A stretch of 64,000 nucleotides of DNA from a virus: the UHGV virus genome UHGV-0125682. One strand, given 5' to 3'. Position numbers and translations under genes: made by a program. The notes beneath the pieces were generated by a model. The model saw nothing but the letters and a program-made list of their open reading frames with translations, was not told where the DNA came from and did no database searches. Within the stretch, counting starts at the first letter, position 1, and each line of letters begins with the position of its first letter. Below, one piece after another: positions 26,682-36,011 of this stretch.

Positions 26682-27890
26682 ATGAGTCAACACACTGATA
26701 CTTCTAATCTGGAAATTATCTCGACAGCAATTGAAACGCTGCGCACACAAATCGCTCTTATACAGAAACGGAATCCGGGTGATGACCTGTCAAAGCGACT
26801 GCACGAGAGTGTCATTGCCACTACAGATAACCTGGTGGCGGAAATCAACAAGCTGCTTGATGATGGGGCAGTTGATTACAATAAGCTGGTGGATCAGTTT
26901 GAGGAATACCAACAAGCCGTTAATGATGGCTTGATCCGTTTTTCACAAGTCACAGGCGTATCAGCGACAGTTGAAAGCCTGGGTGATGCAGTTAATCAAT
27001 TTGCCGCGAATATGCGTAATGAGATCGGCAATCTGGAAGCGCGTCTTGAACAGGCAAATACACTGCGTAAATCTGCCGAAGCCGATTTGAACCGTTACAA
27101 AAAAGACTATCCGCCCAGCCTGACAAAGCGGCTGGATGTTGCGGAGAAGGATAACCGCACGCTGAAAAGAGAGCGCCGGGAACTAAAAGAGCGTTTAACC
27201 AAGCTCAATCAGCAATGCATTGATTATCAAGGCGAAGGCGTCACACTGCGTAAAAAGTTGGCTACAGCGCAGAGCATTATCGAAACATTAAAGCGAGAGT
27301 GCTCACAGCTTGGTCACGATCTGAACCGTGCTTGTGGCATGGGACAAAGACCAGAGACATTTCCACTTATGTATGACGGAAGGGATGCCATTGCCTACAT
27401 CCATGAGTATCCGCACGGCCTGGTTGCGGAAACTGGGCAGCGTGGCGAAGCACTGCTGACGGCTAATTACCATCAACAAATCAGAACCAATCGCCTGTTA
27501 ACGATGGATGTGATCCCATCGGTATGGGGAACGCCGCTTTACTATCGCCTGCCGGGCTTCGAAAAGGACTGGAATACCGACATAGACGAATGTCTCGCAG
27601 ATAAAATTATGGCGTACCTGGAGACGGATTTTCCGTGCTTATATCGCCGGATTATGGACTCTAAGGATGCGCCAATCGATGAATTAAAAATGCGTCCGGA
27701 GACGCTGGAGGCAATCAAGCAGACGGAGTTTGATACTGTATTCAGTGTGGCCTGCATTCCAAGCTGTTTCCATGAAAGCATTCCGTTCATGCAAGGAGAT
27801 CGTCGTCAGGAAATCATTGACGCTTGCCGGGTATGGGCGAACGAATGGGATAAGAATAATGGGGGTGTAGAAGATCTTTACGGGAAATAA
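26682..27890 (+). CDS. Hypothetical coiled-coil protein
   Basis: 402 aa; heptad-rich N-terminal half. Confidence 0.55.
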   Translation: MSQHTDTSNLEIISTAIETLRTQIALIQKRNPGDDLSKRLHESVIATTDNLVAEINKLLDDGAVDYNKLVDQFEEYQQAVNDGLIRFSQVTGVSATVESLGDAVNQFAANMRNEIGNLEARLEQANTLRKSAEADLNRYKKDYPPSLTKRLDVAEKDNRTLKRERRELKERLTKLNQQCIDYQGEGVTLRKKLATAQSIIETLKRECSQLGHDLNRACGMGQRPETFPLMYDGRDAIAYIHEYPHGLVAETGQRGEALLTANYHQQIRTNRLLTMDVIPSVWGTPLYYRLPGFEKDWNTDIDECLADKIMAYLETDFPCLYRRIMDSKDAPIDELKMRPETLEAIKQTEFDTVFSVACIPSCFHESIPFMQGDRRQEIIDACRVWANEWDKNNGGVEDLYGK

Positions 27891-27892
27891 TG

Positions 27893-27909
27893 TGTTAGAA
27901 ATCTAAAAT
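27893..27909 (+). promoter_or_regulatory. Operator-like motif (TGTTAGAAATCTAAAAT)
   Basis: Recurring motif at start of ORF-poor island. Confidence 0.4.
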
Positions 27910-28048
27910 CACAATTCGAATGTATTGATTGTGAAGGTAACTTAACATAGAATTTTCCTTGCTGGTGGGCGGTACCCACGTTTCGCTTGCTGGGCTTGAT
28001 AGTCACTTATTGGTTATTGTTCGCCCACCAGCATTTAACAAATTAAAG

Positions 28049-28065
28049 TGTTAGAAAAGTATAGT
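28049..28065 (+). promoter_or_regulatory. Operator-like motif (TGTTAGAAAAGTATAGT)
   Basis: Recurring motif. Confidence 0.35.
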
Positions 28066-28250
28066 AACGCAAGAGCACGCTTTGGCACCGTGCAGGCCAA
28101 AGTTCAGCAGGTTTAGTGCGGAAAGTGGTTTCAGAGAGAGCACTTTGCGGAGTAAACGACAATACATGTTGAGCCAAGGAAGGTCTTTTTAAGGTGTTTA
28201 TTGATGATGGTCCGGCAGAGAGTAACGGTACATGCTGCATCTAATCATCA

Positions 28251-28316
28251 ATGCACATCTTCAACATTAAGGAGGCATAGGGATTTTTGTGGCGGTTACC
28301 TTTTGCCCTGAGTCTC
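28251..28316. other. Long hairpin 1 (13-bp perfect stem CAACATTAAGGAG, 40-nt loop)
   Basis: Perfect inverted repeat; no credible ORF. Confidence 0.45.
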
Positions 28317-28543
28317 CTTAATGTTGCGGTAATGCACCTATGCGGATGTGGCCTTGCATTGTGTCTTGAAAGAATGGGGTAAGGCCGGGGATATCCCCAG
28401 GGGGAGGCACCCCCGCTGCAACGAACAGCCACAGACGGCAGTCGAGTGATGGAAACGTGCAAAGACTTTAAACCTCGTTACGGCTGGCGTGGCAAACGCG
28501 ACAACCGAGACAGAGCGGTGACGGGCGGAGAGAGTGCCGCATC

Positions 28544-28620
28544 AAGAAAGAAGCCGACTTGTGATCCCTTTCAGCGGGCATTTGAAAGTGAATCCAGCTC
28601 AGGCAGTCGGCTTCTTTCTT
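28544..28620. other. Long hairpin 2 (15-bp perfect stem AAGAAAGAAGCCGAC, 47-nt loop)
   Basis: Perfect inverted repeat with nested CTTTCA/TGAAAG; terminator 21 bp downstream. Confidence 0.45.
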
Positions 28621-28640
28621 GTGTGAGATGTAGCGTATTT

Positions 28641-28664
28641 GCCCATCTTCGGGTGGGCTTTTTT
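28641..28664 (+). terminator. Rho-independent terminator inside non-coding island
   Basis: GCCCATC-TTCG-GGTGGGC followed by TTTTTT. Confidence 0.6.
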
Positions 28665-28850
28665 AGGGTTTTCGTCATGGTTAGCGACTTTGCGGCGGTT
28701 TATAAACTGACCATTAAAGTAAATGCAAACGATGATCTGATGATGGTAGCGGCCTAAGAAGCCAGACGCCACGGGGTATGAGTCGTCCCCCGTCAAAAAA
28801 TCGACCGCAGAGTGTCCCCGTCTGTGTATTAGGGAACGGGGAGGCATAAC

Positions 28851-28923
28851 AGGCAAGGGCGCTGGTGTGATTAACCAGATGAATGAGAAGGGTCAGGTCT
28901 TTCTGGTCAGCGCCCTTACCTGT
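28851..28923. other. Long hairpin 3 (15-bp stem, one mismatch, 43-nt loop)
   Basis: CAGGCAAGGGCGCTG ... CAGCGCCCTTACCTG. Confidence 0.4.
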
Positions 28924-29124
28924 TACGTCCCTCCCGCGTAACAGCCATTGATTAATGGCTTTCTGGGATAACATCCTACTACGGGTATATCCCGTCATGC
29001 TGAAGGCGCTAATCACGCTGGAAGCCAGGGTTGTGCATCCCCTGTTACCGAATTGCAGCCAGGGCGCGGTGCGCCGAAAAGCATACGGAGGTGGAAGCCC
29101 TCGCCGGAGACGTACCCGGCAAGT

Positions 29125-29201
29125 GATGGTGTAGCTCAGTAGGATAGAGCAGCAGCCTTCTAAGCTGTCGGTCGGTGGTTCGAATCCACCCACCATCGCC
29201 A
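29125..29201 (+). tRNA. tRNA-Arg (anticodon TCT)
   Basis: Cloverleaf folded by hand: acceptor GATGGTG/CACCATC, D-arm GCTC..GAGC, anticodon loop CTTCTAA, T-loop TTCGAAT, 3' GCCA. Confidence 0.85.
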
Positions 29202-29203
29202 AT

Positions 29204-29279
29204 GCCGGTTTAGCTCAGTTGGTAGAGCGCCTGCCTTGTAAGCAGGATGTCAGCGGTTCGAGTCCGTTAACCGGCACCA
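29204..29279 (+). tRNA. tRNA-Thr (anticodon TGT)
   Basis: Acceptor GCCGGTT/AACCGGC, D-loop AGTTGGTA, anticodon loop CTTGTAA, T-loop TTCGAGT, 3' ACCA. Confidence 0.85.
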
Positions 29280-29288
29280 ACACAACAG

Positions 29289-29365
29289 GTAAGGGTATTT
29301 TGCGACGTCGGAGATCGCCGTGCTTGGCAGAGGGTTCGAATCCCTACGAAGTACCCTTACCGTTG
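29289..29365 (+). other. tRNA-like remnant / hairpin 4 (10-bp stem around canonical T-loop GGGTTCGAATCCC)
   Basis: GGTAAGGGTA...TACCCTTACC stem; has T-arm but no D-arm or anticodon arm. Confidence 0.4.
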
Positions 29366-29508
29366 TGATGAAGTGCAGCTCTTTGAAGCAACCAGAAGAT
29401 AAGCATCTGGCTTCACAACATAAACCGCAGGAACGACCAATAAACGGTAGTCCGTATGGAGAACACCCCGTTGAGGAAGAGGCCTGGCCGGAACCGTAAC
29501 CGGCACTA

Positions 29509-29598
29509 CAACGTTGAGAACACTGGCGTAACGGGGTCATATCCCAATCTATGAATAAATGTTGCGTTGCAGCGTGACAACCAGTGTTCTCAACATTG
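29509..29598. other. Long hairpin 5 (18-bp stem, one mismatch, 54-nt loop)
   Basis: CAACGTTGAGAACACTGG ... CCAGTGTTCTCAACATTG. Confidence 0.4.
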
Positions 29599-29917
29599 TG
29601 GTGAATGCGCAGGCTGATGCGCGAAAGACATTGCAGCTATTGCGGAAAAGAGCTGTTCGGCGGGGCAATTAAACGCCCGTGAGAGTCTGAAATAACCGCA
29701 AGCCGGAGATCAGCACCGGTCGCCACAATAACGGGAGAGTAGGGAGCATGGTGCTCAAGCAGTCTTGAAAACCGTCCCATTGCGCACGCGGAACAGTTAA
29801 AACAATCCTCCTTAGTGGTTAAGTCAAACATCCCGGCGTTAATTGTTAACTGGTTAACGTCACCTGGAGGCACCAGGCACCGCAGCTTTTTTATTCGTTA
29901 AATAATGGAGTGAGAGG

Positions 29918-30154
29918 ATGCAGAACAATCCGAACAAATGTCGAACGCTATGGGTGCGGTTATATATTTATGTCGTCCTCTGTTTGATTGTGTCACTGGT
30001 TCTGTATGTTTGGCTTTTGCCAAATATGATCTCATCTGACAGCACAATACTTGTATTGTTGGGAGTCCTTCTCGCGCTCATTTACCCGGCTTTTGCAGTA
30101 GTCTTTTTTCGTGAAAAAACCAGGAAATTGATTAATGAAAAAAACGTTGATTAG
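29918..30154 (+). CDS. Small membrane protein
   Basis: 78 aa, two hydrophobic helices; overlaps start of next gene. Confidence 0.45.
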   Translation: MQNNPNKCRTLWVRLYIYVVLCLIVSLVLYVWLLPNMISSDSTILVLLGVLLALIYPAFAVVFFREKTRKLINEKNVD

Positions 30155-30962
30155 TGCAGCGATTATTTTTGGTTCTTTATGTCTGACCGGATGCGACCGG
30201 GTAGAACCAGGCAATGTAGGGATCAAAGTAAATAAGCTGGGGGATGATAAAGGTGTCGGCGAAGTAGTTGGCGTTGGTCGCTACTGGACAGGCTGGAACA
30301 CAGAAGTTTATATCTTCCCGACCTTTAAGCAAATGAAGACCTATGATGATCCGTTCAGCTTCCAAATGAGCGACGGGACAACAATTGGTTACCACATTGG
30401 TGTAGCTTACAAGGTTGATCCGGCAAAAGTCACAACTGTATTTCAGACCTACCGCAAAGGCGTGGATGACATTACCGACACCGACCTGCGCCAGAAGATT
30501 GCCGACGCACTTAACCGACTGGCCAGCAAAATGACCACCGACAAATTTATCGACGGTGGCAAGTCTGAACTACTGGATGCAGCTCTTAAAGACATCCAGG
30601 AAGAAATGACGCCCATCGGTATTCAGGTAATGAGCCTCTCATATGTGGGCAAGCCGGAGTACCCGCCAACCGTTATCGACAGCATTAATGCCAAAGTCAC
30701 GGCGAACCAGAAAACTCTGCAACGCGAGCAGGAAGTCAAGCAACGCGAAGCAGAAGCCAACATGCTGCGCGCAGAAGCTGCCGGACAGGCCGATGCCATT
30801 CGCACAAAAGCCCAGGCTGAAGCTGATGCCATTCGTTTACGCGGTGAGGCTCTGCGCCAGAACCCCGGCGTTATGGAGTTGGAAGCGATCAACAAATGGA
30901 ACGGAACGCGACCGCAGTATATGACCAGTAATACCGCTGTTCCGTTTGTTCCGGTGAAATAA
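30135..30962 (+). CDS. SPFH/band-7-like lipoprotein (P1 Plp-like position near tRNAs)
   Basis: Lipobox LSAAIIFGSLCLTGC; coiled-coil A/E/Q/R-rich C-terminal region. Confidence 0.6.
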   Translation: MKKTLISAAIIFGSLCLTGCDRVEPGNVGIKVNKLGDDKGVGEVVGVGRYWTGWNTEVYIFPTFKQMKTYDDPFSFQMSDGTTIGYHIGVAYKVDPAKVTTVFQTYRKGVDDITDTDLRQKIADALNRLASKMTTDKFIDGGKSELLDAALKDIQEEMTPIGIQVMSLSYVGKPEYPPTVIDSINAKVTANQKTLQREQEVKQREAEANMLRAEAAGQADAIRTKAQAEADAIRLRGEALRQNPGVMELEAINKWNGTRPQYMTSNTAVPFVPVK

Positions 30963-30975
30963 CCAAATAGAGAAC

Positions 30976-31107
30976 ATGATGGAATTTTGGACGTTTGCCG
31001 ACAAGAACCCTTGGTGGACATTTTTATTTCTGCTGGTGGTTGCATATGGGGTCGAGCAAGCAGCAAAAGCCTTACGCGGTCCTGGCAAAAAGCGTAAGCG
31101 GAATTAA
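30976..31107 (+). CDS. Small hydrophobic peptide (below ORF-track length cut-off)
   Basis: ~43 aa MMEFWTFADKNPWWTFLFLLVVAYG...KKRKRN; ends 10 nt before tRNA. Confidence 0.3.
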   Translation: MMEFWTFADKNPWWTFLFLLVVAYGVEQAAKALRGPGKKRKRN

Positions 31108-31116
31108 CAGTAATCT

Positions 31117-31192
31117 GGCCCTTTAGCTCAGTGGTTAGAGCTGGCGACTCATAATCGCACGGTCACCGGTTCAAGTCCGGTAGGGGCCACCA
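31117..31192 (+). tRNA. tRNA with CAT anticodon (Met or lysidine-modified Ile2)
   Basis: Acceptor GGCCCTT/AGGGGCC, D-loop AGTGGTTA, anticodon loop CTCATAA, T-loop TTCAAGT, 3' ACCA. Confidence 0.85.
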
Positions 31193-31645
31193 TATTTGGT
31201 TGTAACACGGCGTATGGCACATGCGTCGTTAGCGGTCTGGTGACGTTAAAGGGGTTACCTTTTCCCCAAGCTCAGGCAACAAACCAGGTAGCCGGAATGT
31301 GCAAGCCCCGTACATAGCGTCGGACCGAGGACTCACCACCCTGGCGATTCGGTGTGACAGCCGGAAGAGTACGGCGCACAACAGGAAAAGGCGTTTAATT
31401 AACGCGAGCGCCGTTTCCGTTGTGGTAATTGCGGCTATGCGCTCGTGACGAAGCCATTTTCATTCACTACGTTCTGATAAGTGACGTCGCCAGGAGTGGC
31501 TAACCTGGCAGGTGGAGGCACCACCGCCACAACTCCTTTCAATTCATCATATAGCCGCTCAGGCTGTACCCCTTAATTAATACGAAGTTTCGACATCTCT
31601 ATCGGTTTAACCGAGGGATGGTCGCGCGTGTAAAAAGGAGACGTT

Positions 31646-32221
31646 ATGTTAACGGCGAACGATAACGCGTATGCAGAAGCAGATCTCATATTGAGTGACT
31701 TCATCGGTCAGCGGGAACGCTGGACACAAAAGCGAGAGGAACTTTATGCCTCGTTAGTTCGCAAAGGTGTCAACATTGAAACCGCTCAAAGCGGCGATAT
31801 GACGGTAGTCAGTGTTGGATTACATGGTGTGAGCGTGTCCGCAGCCAATCATGAGCCATACGTAGCGTTATCAGAGTCGATGGCAAGGCTAATTAAGTTT
31901 CTGAAGCAAACAGAAGCCAATAATGTTTTCATCGCCAAAAAGAACATCAATTTTTCTGCCGCCGTGTTCTGGATGATGAAGGGGCTTGACGCCCGCCGGG
32001 CATCATGGCCTAAAGGGAGCTATATGTCGATGTTCCGTGGCAGTATAGGCAGCAAAGAAAAGCTCGTCGAATTCCTGCCGGAAGAAGCATTCGATATTGT
32101 GGAAGGGTGCGATGTGATGATTATGCCTCGGCTGGTAATGATGAATGGAGACTTACAGGCACAGACAGACTGGTTCGCCACTGGCGTGGATATTATCGCG
32201 ACTGACTGGGAGGCATTCTGA
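31646..32221 (+). CDS. Protein with C-terminal DUF2829-like domain
   Basis: 191 aa; RBS AAAAGGAGA; C-terminal ...RRASWPKGSYM...NGDLQAQTDWFATGVDIIATDWEAF paralogous to 26072-26272. Confidence 0.5.
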   Translation: MLTANDNAYAEADLILSDFIGQRERWTQKREELYASLVRKGVNIETAQSGDMTVVSVGLHGVSVSAANHEPYVALSESMARLIKFLKQTEANNVFIAKKNINFSAAVFWMMKGLDARRASWPKGSYMSMFRGSIGSKEKLVEFLPEEAFDIVEGCDVMIMPRLVMMNGDLQAQTDWFATGVDIIATDWEAF

Positions 32222-32613
32222 TGTACGAGACCACAAAATTAAGCATTCACGAAGTATCCAATGTGGAGTGGAATATCGTCACCTGTAAGATTGTATCGTG
32301 TAATGCTGCGCGTACTGATGCAGGCCATAAGAGCACGATAACAGGCTACATGGTAATGGCTTATAGGGGATTGAGAGTTCGCTTTATCTGGAAAGCTCGG
32401 CAATTGACACCATTCAGAGAGCCGTCAATGCCATTAGAGGTAGAACAGGATTATTTAAGCCTGCCGGAAATAGACGGTGCAACGCTGGTGGATTCTGATG
32501 GTCGTAAGGCTGATTTTGAAGTCAGCTTAAAGGTGGCGCAGGCCGTAATTAATAACTCACGTGGTAAGTGGATCGCTAAGGTAAAACACGGCGTTCGCTT
32601 ATCTCGCTGGTAG
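32221..32613 (+). CDS. Hypothetical protein
   Basis: 130 aa; start overlaps upstream stop. Confidence 0.5.
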   Translation: MYETTKLSIHEVSNVEWNIVTCKIVSCNAARTDAGHKSTITGYMVMAYRGLRVRFIWKARQLTPFREPSMPLEVEQDYLSLPEIDGATLVDSDGRKADFEVSLKVAQAVINNSRGKWIAKVKHGVRLSRW

Positions 32614-32645
32614 TGTTAGATGAATGGAATTAATTTTCTAATATA
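32613..32645. promoter_or_regulatory. Paired operator-like motifs in inverted orientation
   Basis: TGTTAGA...TAATTTTCTAATA upstream of 32722 gene. Confidence 0.4.
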
Positions 32646-32721
32646 ACCAACTTTTTGCCAGTCTATACAGAAATAACATTCTCATTATCATCCCCTCGGT
32701 CATTTCCTGCCTGGGGGATTA

Positions 32722-33114
32722 ATGGAGCATATCAGCAGCGCAGAAATTGCGGATATCATGATTAGGGCTGACTGCTATCTGACAGTCACCGAAATCACCA
32801 CTCTAGCTAAAGAAAAATATCCTCACCTTCATGTTTCACGCGTAAGTGTAACCAACATCATTCGGCATTTTGTGCGGTCAAGCCGAGCTATTTGTGAGCT
32901 TGATGATCGTGTTTACCCACGGAAATACTGGTTGCATGGCCTGAACGGATATCAGTTCAAGGTGCGCGGGCGCACGCCTGAATACGGTAGCTTACTGGTT
33001 AAAAACTGTAGCAGGAAATCAGTCGAACAGGCGCGAAAAGAGCAACGAGAGCTGGTGGACATGGCGAATAAGCTGTGGAATGCCGCCGTTAAAAAGCGTG
33101 GTGTTGCTTTATGA
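32722..33114 (+). CDS. Putative late-promoter activator (P1 Lpa-like by position upstream of pacA)
   Basis: 130 aa; HTH-like LTVTEITTLAKEKYP; operator motifs upstream. Confidence 0.4.
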   Translation: MEHISSAEIADIMIRADCYLTVTEITTLAKEKYPHLHVSRVSVTNIIRHFVRSSRAICELDDRVYPRKYWLHGLNGYQFKVRGRTPEYGSLLVKNCSRKSVEQARKEQRELVDMANKLWNAAVKKRGVAL

Positions 33115-34475
33115 GTCTGGTTAATTGGGAGGAGCACCGCGCCCGCTTTATAGCGTTGCGTGAAGAAAAAGGGATCACTGTAAAGGAATACTGTGAGGAG
33201 CATGGCCTTAGCTTCAATACAGCCAGAAAGCATCTCAATATGAAAAAAAATGAGGTGCGGTCGCAGGTAAAGACAACAAAAAAAAGCACCAAATCACCTG
33301 AAAAAAAACGGGCGGGAAGAGCAACAAAAAAGCTGGAAGAGGGTGCAGAAAAAACAAAATTTACAGAAATTGACAATTCGCAGGGCGCAGGTTCTTTCCG
33401 AAGTATGCCGAGAAAGAAAACTTCGGATCATGAAAATAATGCAAATAATAACAATGAGATAAAAGAATCTGTCAGGAGATCATTGCGCGAAAAAATGGCG
33501 AAAATGATCCCCGAAGAAGATAAAAGCGCCCCAAAAATTGAGGGATCTTCAGCAATGATCCCTGGCGGTGCTGTGCAGCGTGCCACATTGCCCACTACGA
33601 ATGTGGCTCGCGATATGATGAAGAACGGCGCAGAAGAACACCTGCGGTTAGCAATTCAAATGGCGCAAGAGCGCGCACTTCAGTATCAAAGCATTGTTGA
33701 TCAGGAGGCCGAACGTCTACAGGCGGAAATAGACGCCTTGGGCGATAAAGAGCCAGAAGGAATGCACCCTGGGCAGCGCCTTCTCGGTCTAATCAGTGAC
33801 GCTGCCTACTACATGAATGATTTTATCAGTAGGTTGGCAGCTATATATCAGTCCGAACAAAAGCTGCGACAGGGGGATGAAAAGCTTCGTCAGAGCGCTC
33901 GCCAGCAAGCATTCAAAGAGGCTGAGGCCAGAGAAAAACTCGAATTAGCACGCCTACAGGCCGAACAGCGTGGCAAAGAGATTGAATATCGCATTGGCGC
34001 TGACGCACGCGCAGCCAGAGTTATCGCCGCCGCTATACGTATGCGTGAGCGCGAGGAACTGGATGATATCAGTGTTGCTGAATACATCGAGCGCCAGGGG
34101 GTCAGCGTCCCGGCTATCCTCGCGGCGCGCGCGGCGAAAGCTATCACTCTTCTCGAACCACCTGTTTCTGACGTCAATGATGTTGATGATGAACAGCTGG
34201 ACAAAGAGGCAAGGGAGTTTGCAACGCTTCAGGCTAACCATCCGCAATGGCTGGCAGAGCGCCGGGCGGATGTGGCAACCATTGTTGAAGAATTGGGGTG
34301 CGGAGATTACGACCGCAATGGCGAGCGTAAAGCTGGAGAATTCGAGGCCAACGACGAAGAGCTGGATATTGACCCTTCGGCAACGGCTGAAATTTACGGT
34401 GATTATGATGCATCTGATGCAGGGTATGACGCCGGAGATGATGATATCGCGATAGAACCGCCGGAGGATGATTAA
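33111..34475 (+). CDS. pacA: Terminase small subunit (PacA-like)
   Basis: 454 aa; N-terminal HTH ITVKEYCEEHGLSFNTARKHL; K-rich linker; acidic C-terminus; GATC-hexamer cluster inside; directly precedes large terminase. Confidence 0.7.
   Translation: MSLVNWEEHRARFIALREEKGITVKEYCEEHGLSFNTARKHLNMKKNEVRSQVKTTKKSTKSPEKKRAGRATKKLEEGAEKTKFTEIDNSQGAGSFRSMPRKKTSDHENNANNNNEIKESVRRSLREKMAKMIPEEDKSAPKIEGSSAMIPGGAVQRATLPTTNVARDMMKNGAEEHLRLAIQMAQERALQYQSIVDQEAERLQAEIDALGDKEPEGMHPGQRLLGLISDAAYYMNDFISRLAAIYQSEQKLRQGDEKLRQSARQQAFKEAEAREKLELARLQAEQRGKEIEYRIGADARAARVIAAAIRMREREELDDISVAEYIERQGVSVPAILAARAAKAITLLEPPVSDVNDVDDEQLDKEAREFATLQANHPQWLAERRADVATIVEELGCGDYDRNGERKAGEFEANDEELDIDPSATAEIYGDYDASDAGYDAGDDDIAIEPPEDD
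33420..33565. other. Candidate pac site (clustered TGATCC/GGATCA Dam hexamers)
   Basis: GATC at 33426, 33506, 33545 and 33557 within ~140 bp of pacA. Confidence 0.35.
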
Positions 34476-35983
34476 TGGCTGGCGGGCGCAAGATTAAATG
34501 CGTCACCAGCGATCCACGCTGGCGCGATATGGTAATCAAATACCGCTACAACTTTACCCAAGCTGTTGTCGATATTTTTGGGATGTTCCCCTCCCACCAG
34601 CAGCAGCAGATCATTCAGTCAGTGCAGGAAACGGGGAGTAGGACTACCGTCACGTCCGGACACGGAACGGGGAAGTCGTCCCTTACCGCGATGTTGCTGT
34701 TGATTTTTATGATCCTGTTCCCCGATGCCCGTGTCATCATTGTTGCTAACAAGATAGGCCAGGTAAAAACAGGCGTATTCAAATACGTTAAACAGTATTG
34801 GGCGAATGCAGTTAAGCGTCATGGGTGGTTGCAGACCTATTTTGTCCTCTCTGACACCATGTTTTATGAGCGCTCCCGTAAGGGGATTTGGGAAGTTCTC
34901 TGCAAAGGTTATCGACTCGGCAACGAAGAAGCGCTGGCGGGGGAACATGCGGCACATTTGCTTCTAATTCTGGATGAAGCATCTGGTATATCTGATAAGG
35001 CGATCGGCGTAATGACCGGTGCTCTTACTGAAGAAGATAACCGGATGTTGATGCTATCCCAGCCAACAAGGCCAAGTGGTTATTTCTACGATTCGCACCA
35101 TTCTCAAGCAAAAACCCCAGACAACCCGAAAGGGATCTGGACAGCAATTGTTCTTAACTCGGAAGAATCACCGTTCGTCACACCACAATTCATCAAGCAG
35201 AAGCTTCTGGAATATGGCGGGCGCGATTCTATTGAGTACATGGTCAAGGTGCTTGGTCAGTTCCCACGAGAAATTAACGGCTATTTGCTTGGTCGTGATG
35301 AATGCGATCGCGCAGCTCGCCGCAAGGTGTTGTTGGAGAAAAACTGGGGATGGGTGGCAACGGCTGACGTTGGTAATGGGCGAGATAAGTCGGTCCTCAA
35401 CATCTGCAAGGTATCTGGTCACAGGGATAAGCGGCGCGTTGTTAACTTTAAGGTAATGGAGATGCCTGGCACTATGGACCCATTGGCCTTTGCTGACTTC
35501 ATATATAACGAATGTACGCCGGAAAAATACCCGAATATAACAATCGCGGTTGATGCCGATGGTTTTGGTTCTGATACGTGTGCGCAGTTGGTGCGTCGTG
35601 GTGCGAACCCGGTACGTATTCGGTGGGGAAAACCCATGTTTGCAAACAAAGACAGGGAGCGATTTGTTAATCAGCGTGCCTACGCAAATATTATCGCGCG
35701 AGATGCCATAAAGTCAGGGCGTATGCGGATAGACAGTGACCCTAAAACGGCAGAGCAAGCGTCAAAAATCCCCTTTTTACTGAATGAAGAAGGGAAAATG
35801 GCGATGATGCGCAAAGAGCACATGCGGCAAAAGCTAAACATCAAATCGCCTGACCGATGGGATACCTACTGCTTCACTATGCTGGTGGACTATGTGCCTG
35901 CTAATGAAGATATTGGTGCCGAAATGGCAACTTTTCGGGATCAGGTTCTGGCGGATATCGAAATGCCGGATCTGGATATATAA
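34475..35983 (+). CDS. pacB: Terminase large subunit (PacB-like)
   Basis: 502 aa; Walker A TSGHGTGKSS; Walker B LLLILDEASG; ATG overlaps pacA stop. Confidence 0.85.
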   Translation: MAGGRKIKCVTSDPRWRDMVIKYRYNFTQAVVDIFGMFPSHQQQQIIQSVQETGSRTTVTSGHGTGKSSLTAMLLLIFMILFPDARVIIVANKIGQVKTGVFKYVKQYWANAVKRHGWLQTYFVLSDTMFYERSRKGIWEVLCKGYRLGNEEALAGEHAAHLLLILDEASGISDKAIGVMTGALTEEDNRMLMLSQPTRPSGYFYDSHHSQAKTPDNPKGIWTAIVLNSEESPFVTPQFIKQKLLEYGGRDSIEYMVKVLGQFPREINGYLLGRDECDRAARRKVLLEKNWGWVATADVGNGRDKSVLNICKVSGHRDKRRVVNFKVMEMPGTMDPLAFADFIYNECTPEKYPNITIAVDADGFGSDTCAQLVRRGANPVRIRWGKPMFANKDRERFVNQRAYANIIARDAIKSGRMRIDSDPKTAEQASKIPFLLNEEGKMAMMRKEHMRQKLNIKSPDRWDTYCFTMLVDYVPANEDIGAEMATFRDQVLADIEMPDLDI

Positions 35984-36011
35984 AAGCCCCGCGATGCGGG
36001 GCCGGTTGTGA

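Noticed and set aside
28043-29202. ORFs 28043-28240, 28241-28462, 28446-28757, 28599-28856 and 28714-29202 in the structured island
   Set aside because: Mutually overlapping, no RBS, coincide with long hairpins, and one overlaps tRNA-Arg.
29289-29365. Possible third tRNA immediately after tRNA-Thr
   Set aside because: Has a canonical T-loop but no D-arm or anticodon arm; better read as a decayed tRNA or tRNA-like hairpin.
29250-29873. ORFs 29250-29540 and 29637-29873 on the minus strand
   Set aside because: Overlap tRNA-Thr, the tRNA-like remnant and long hairpins.
27891-29900. Large ornate ncRNA (GOLLD/ROOL-type) near the tRNAs
   Set aside because: Tempting because of tRNA proximity, but I cannot recognise any family-specific motifs by eye; left as unclassified structured RNA.
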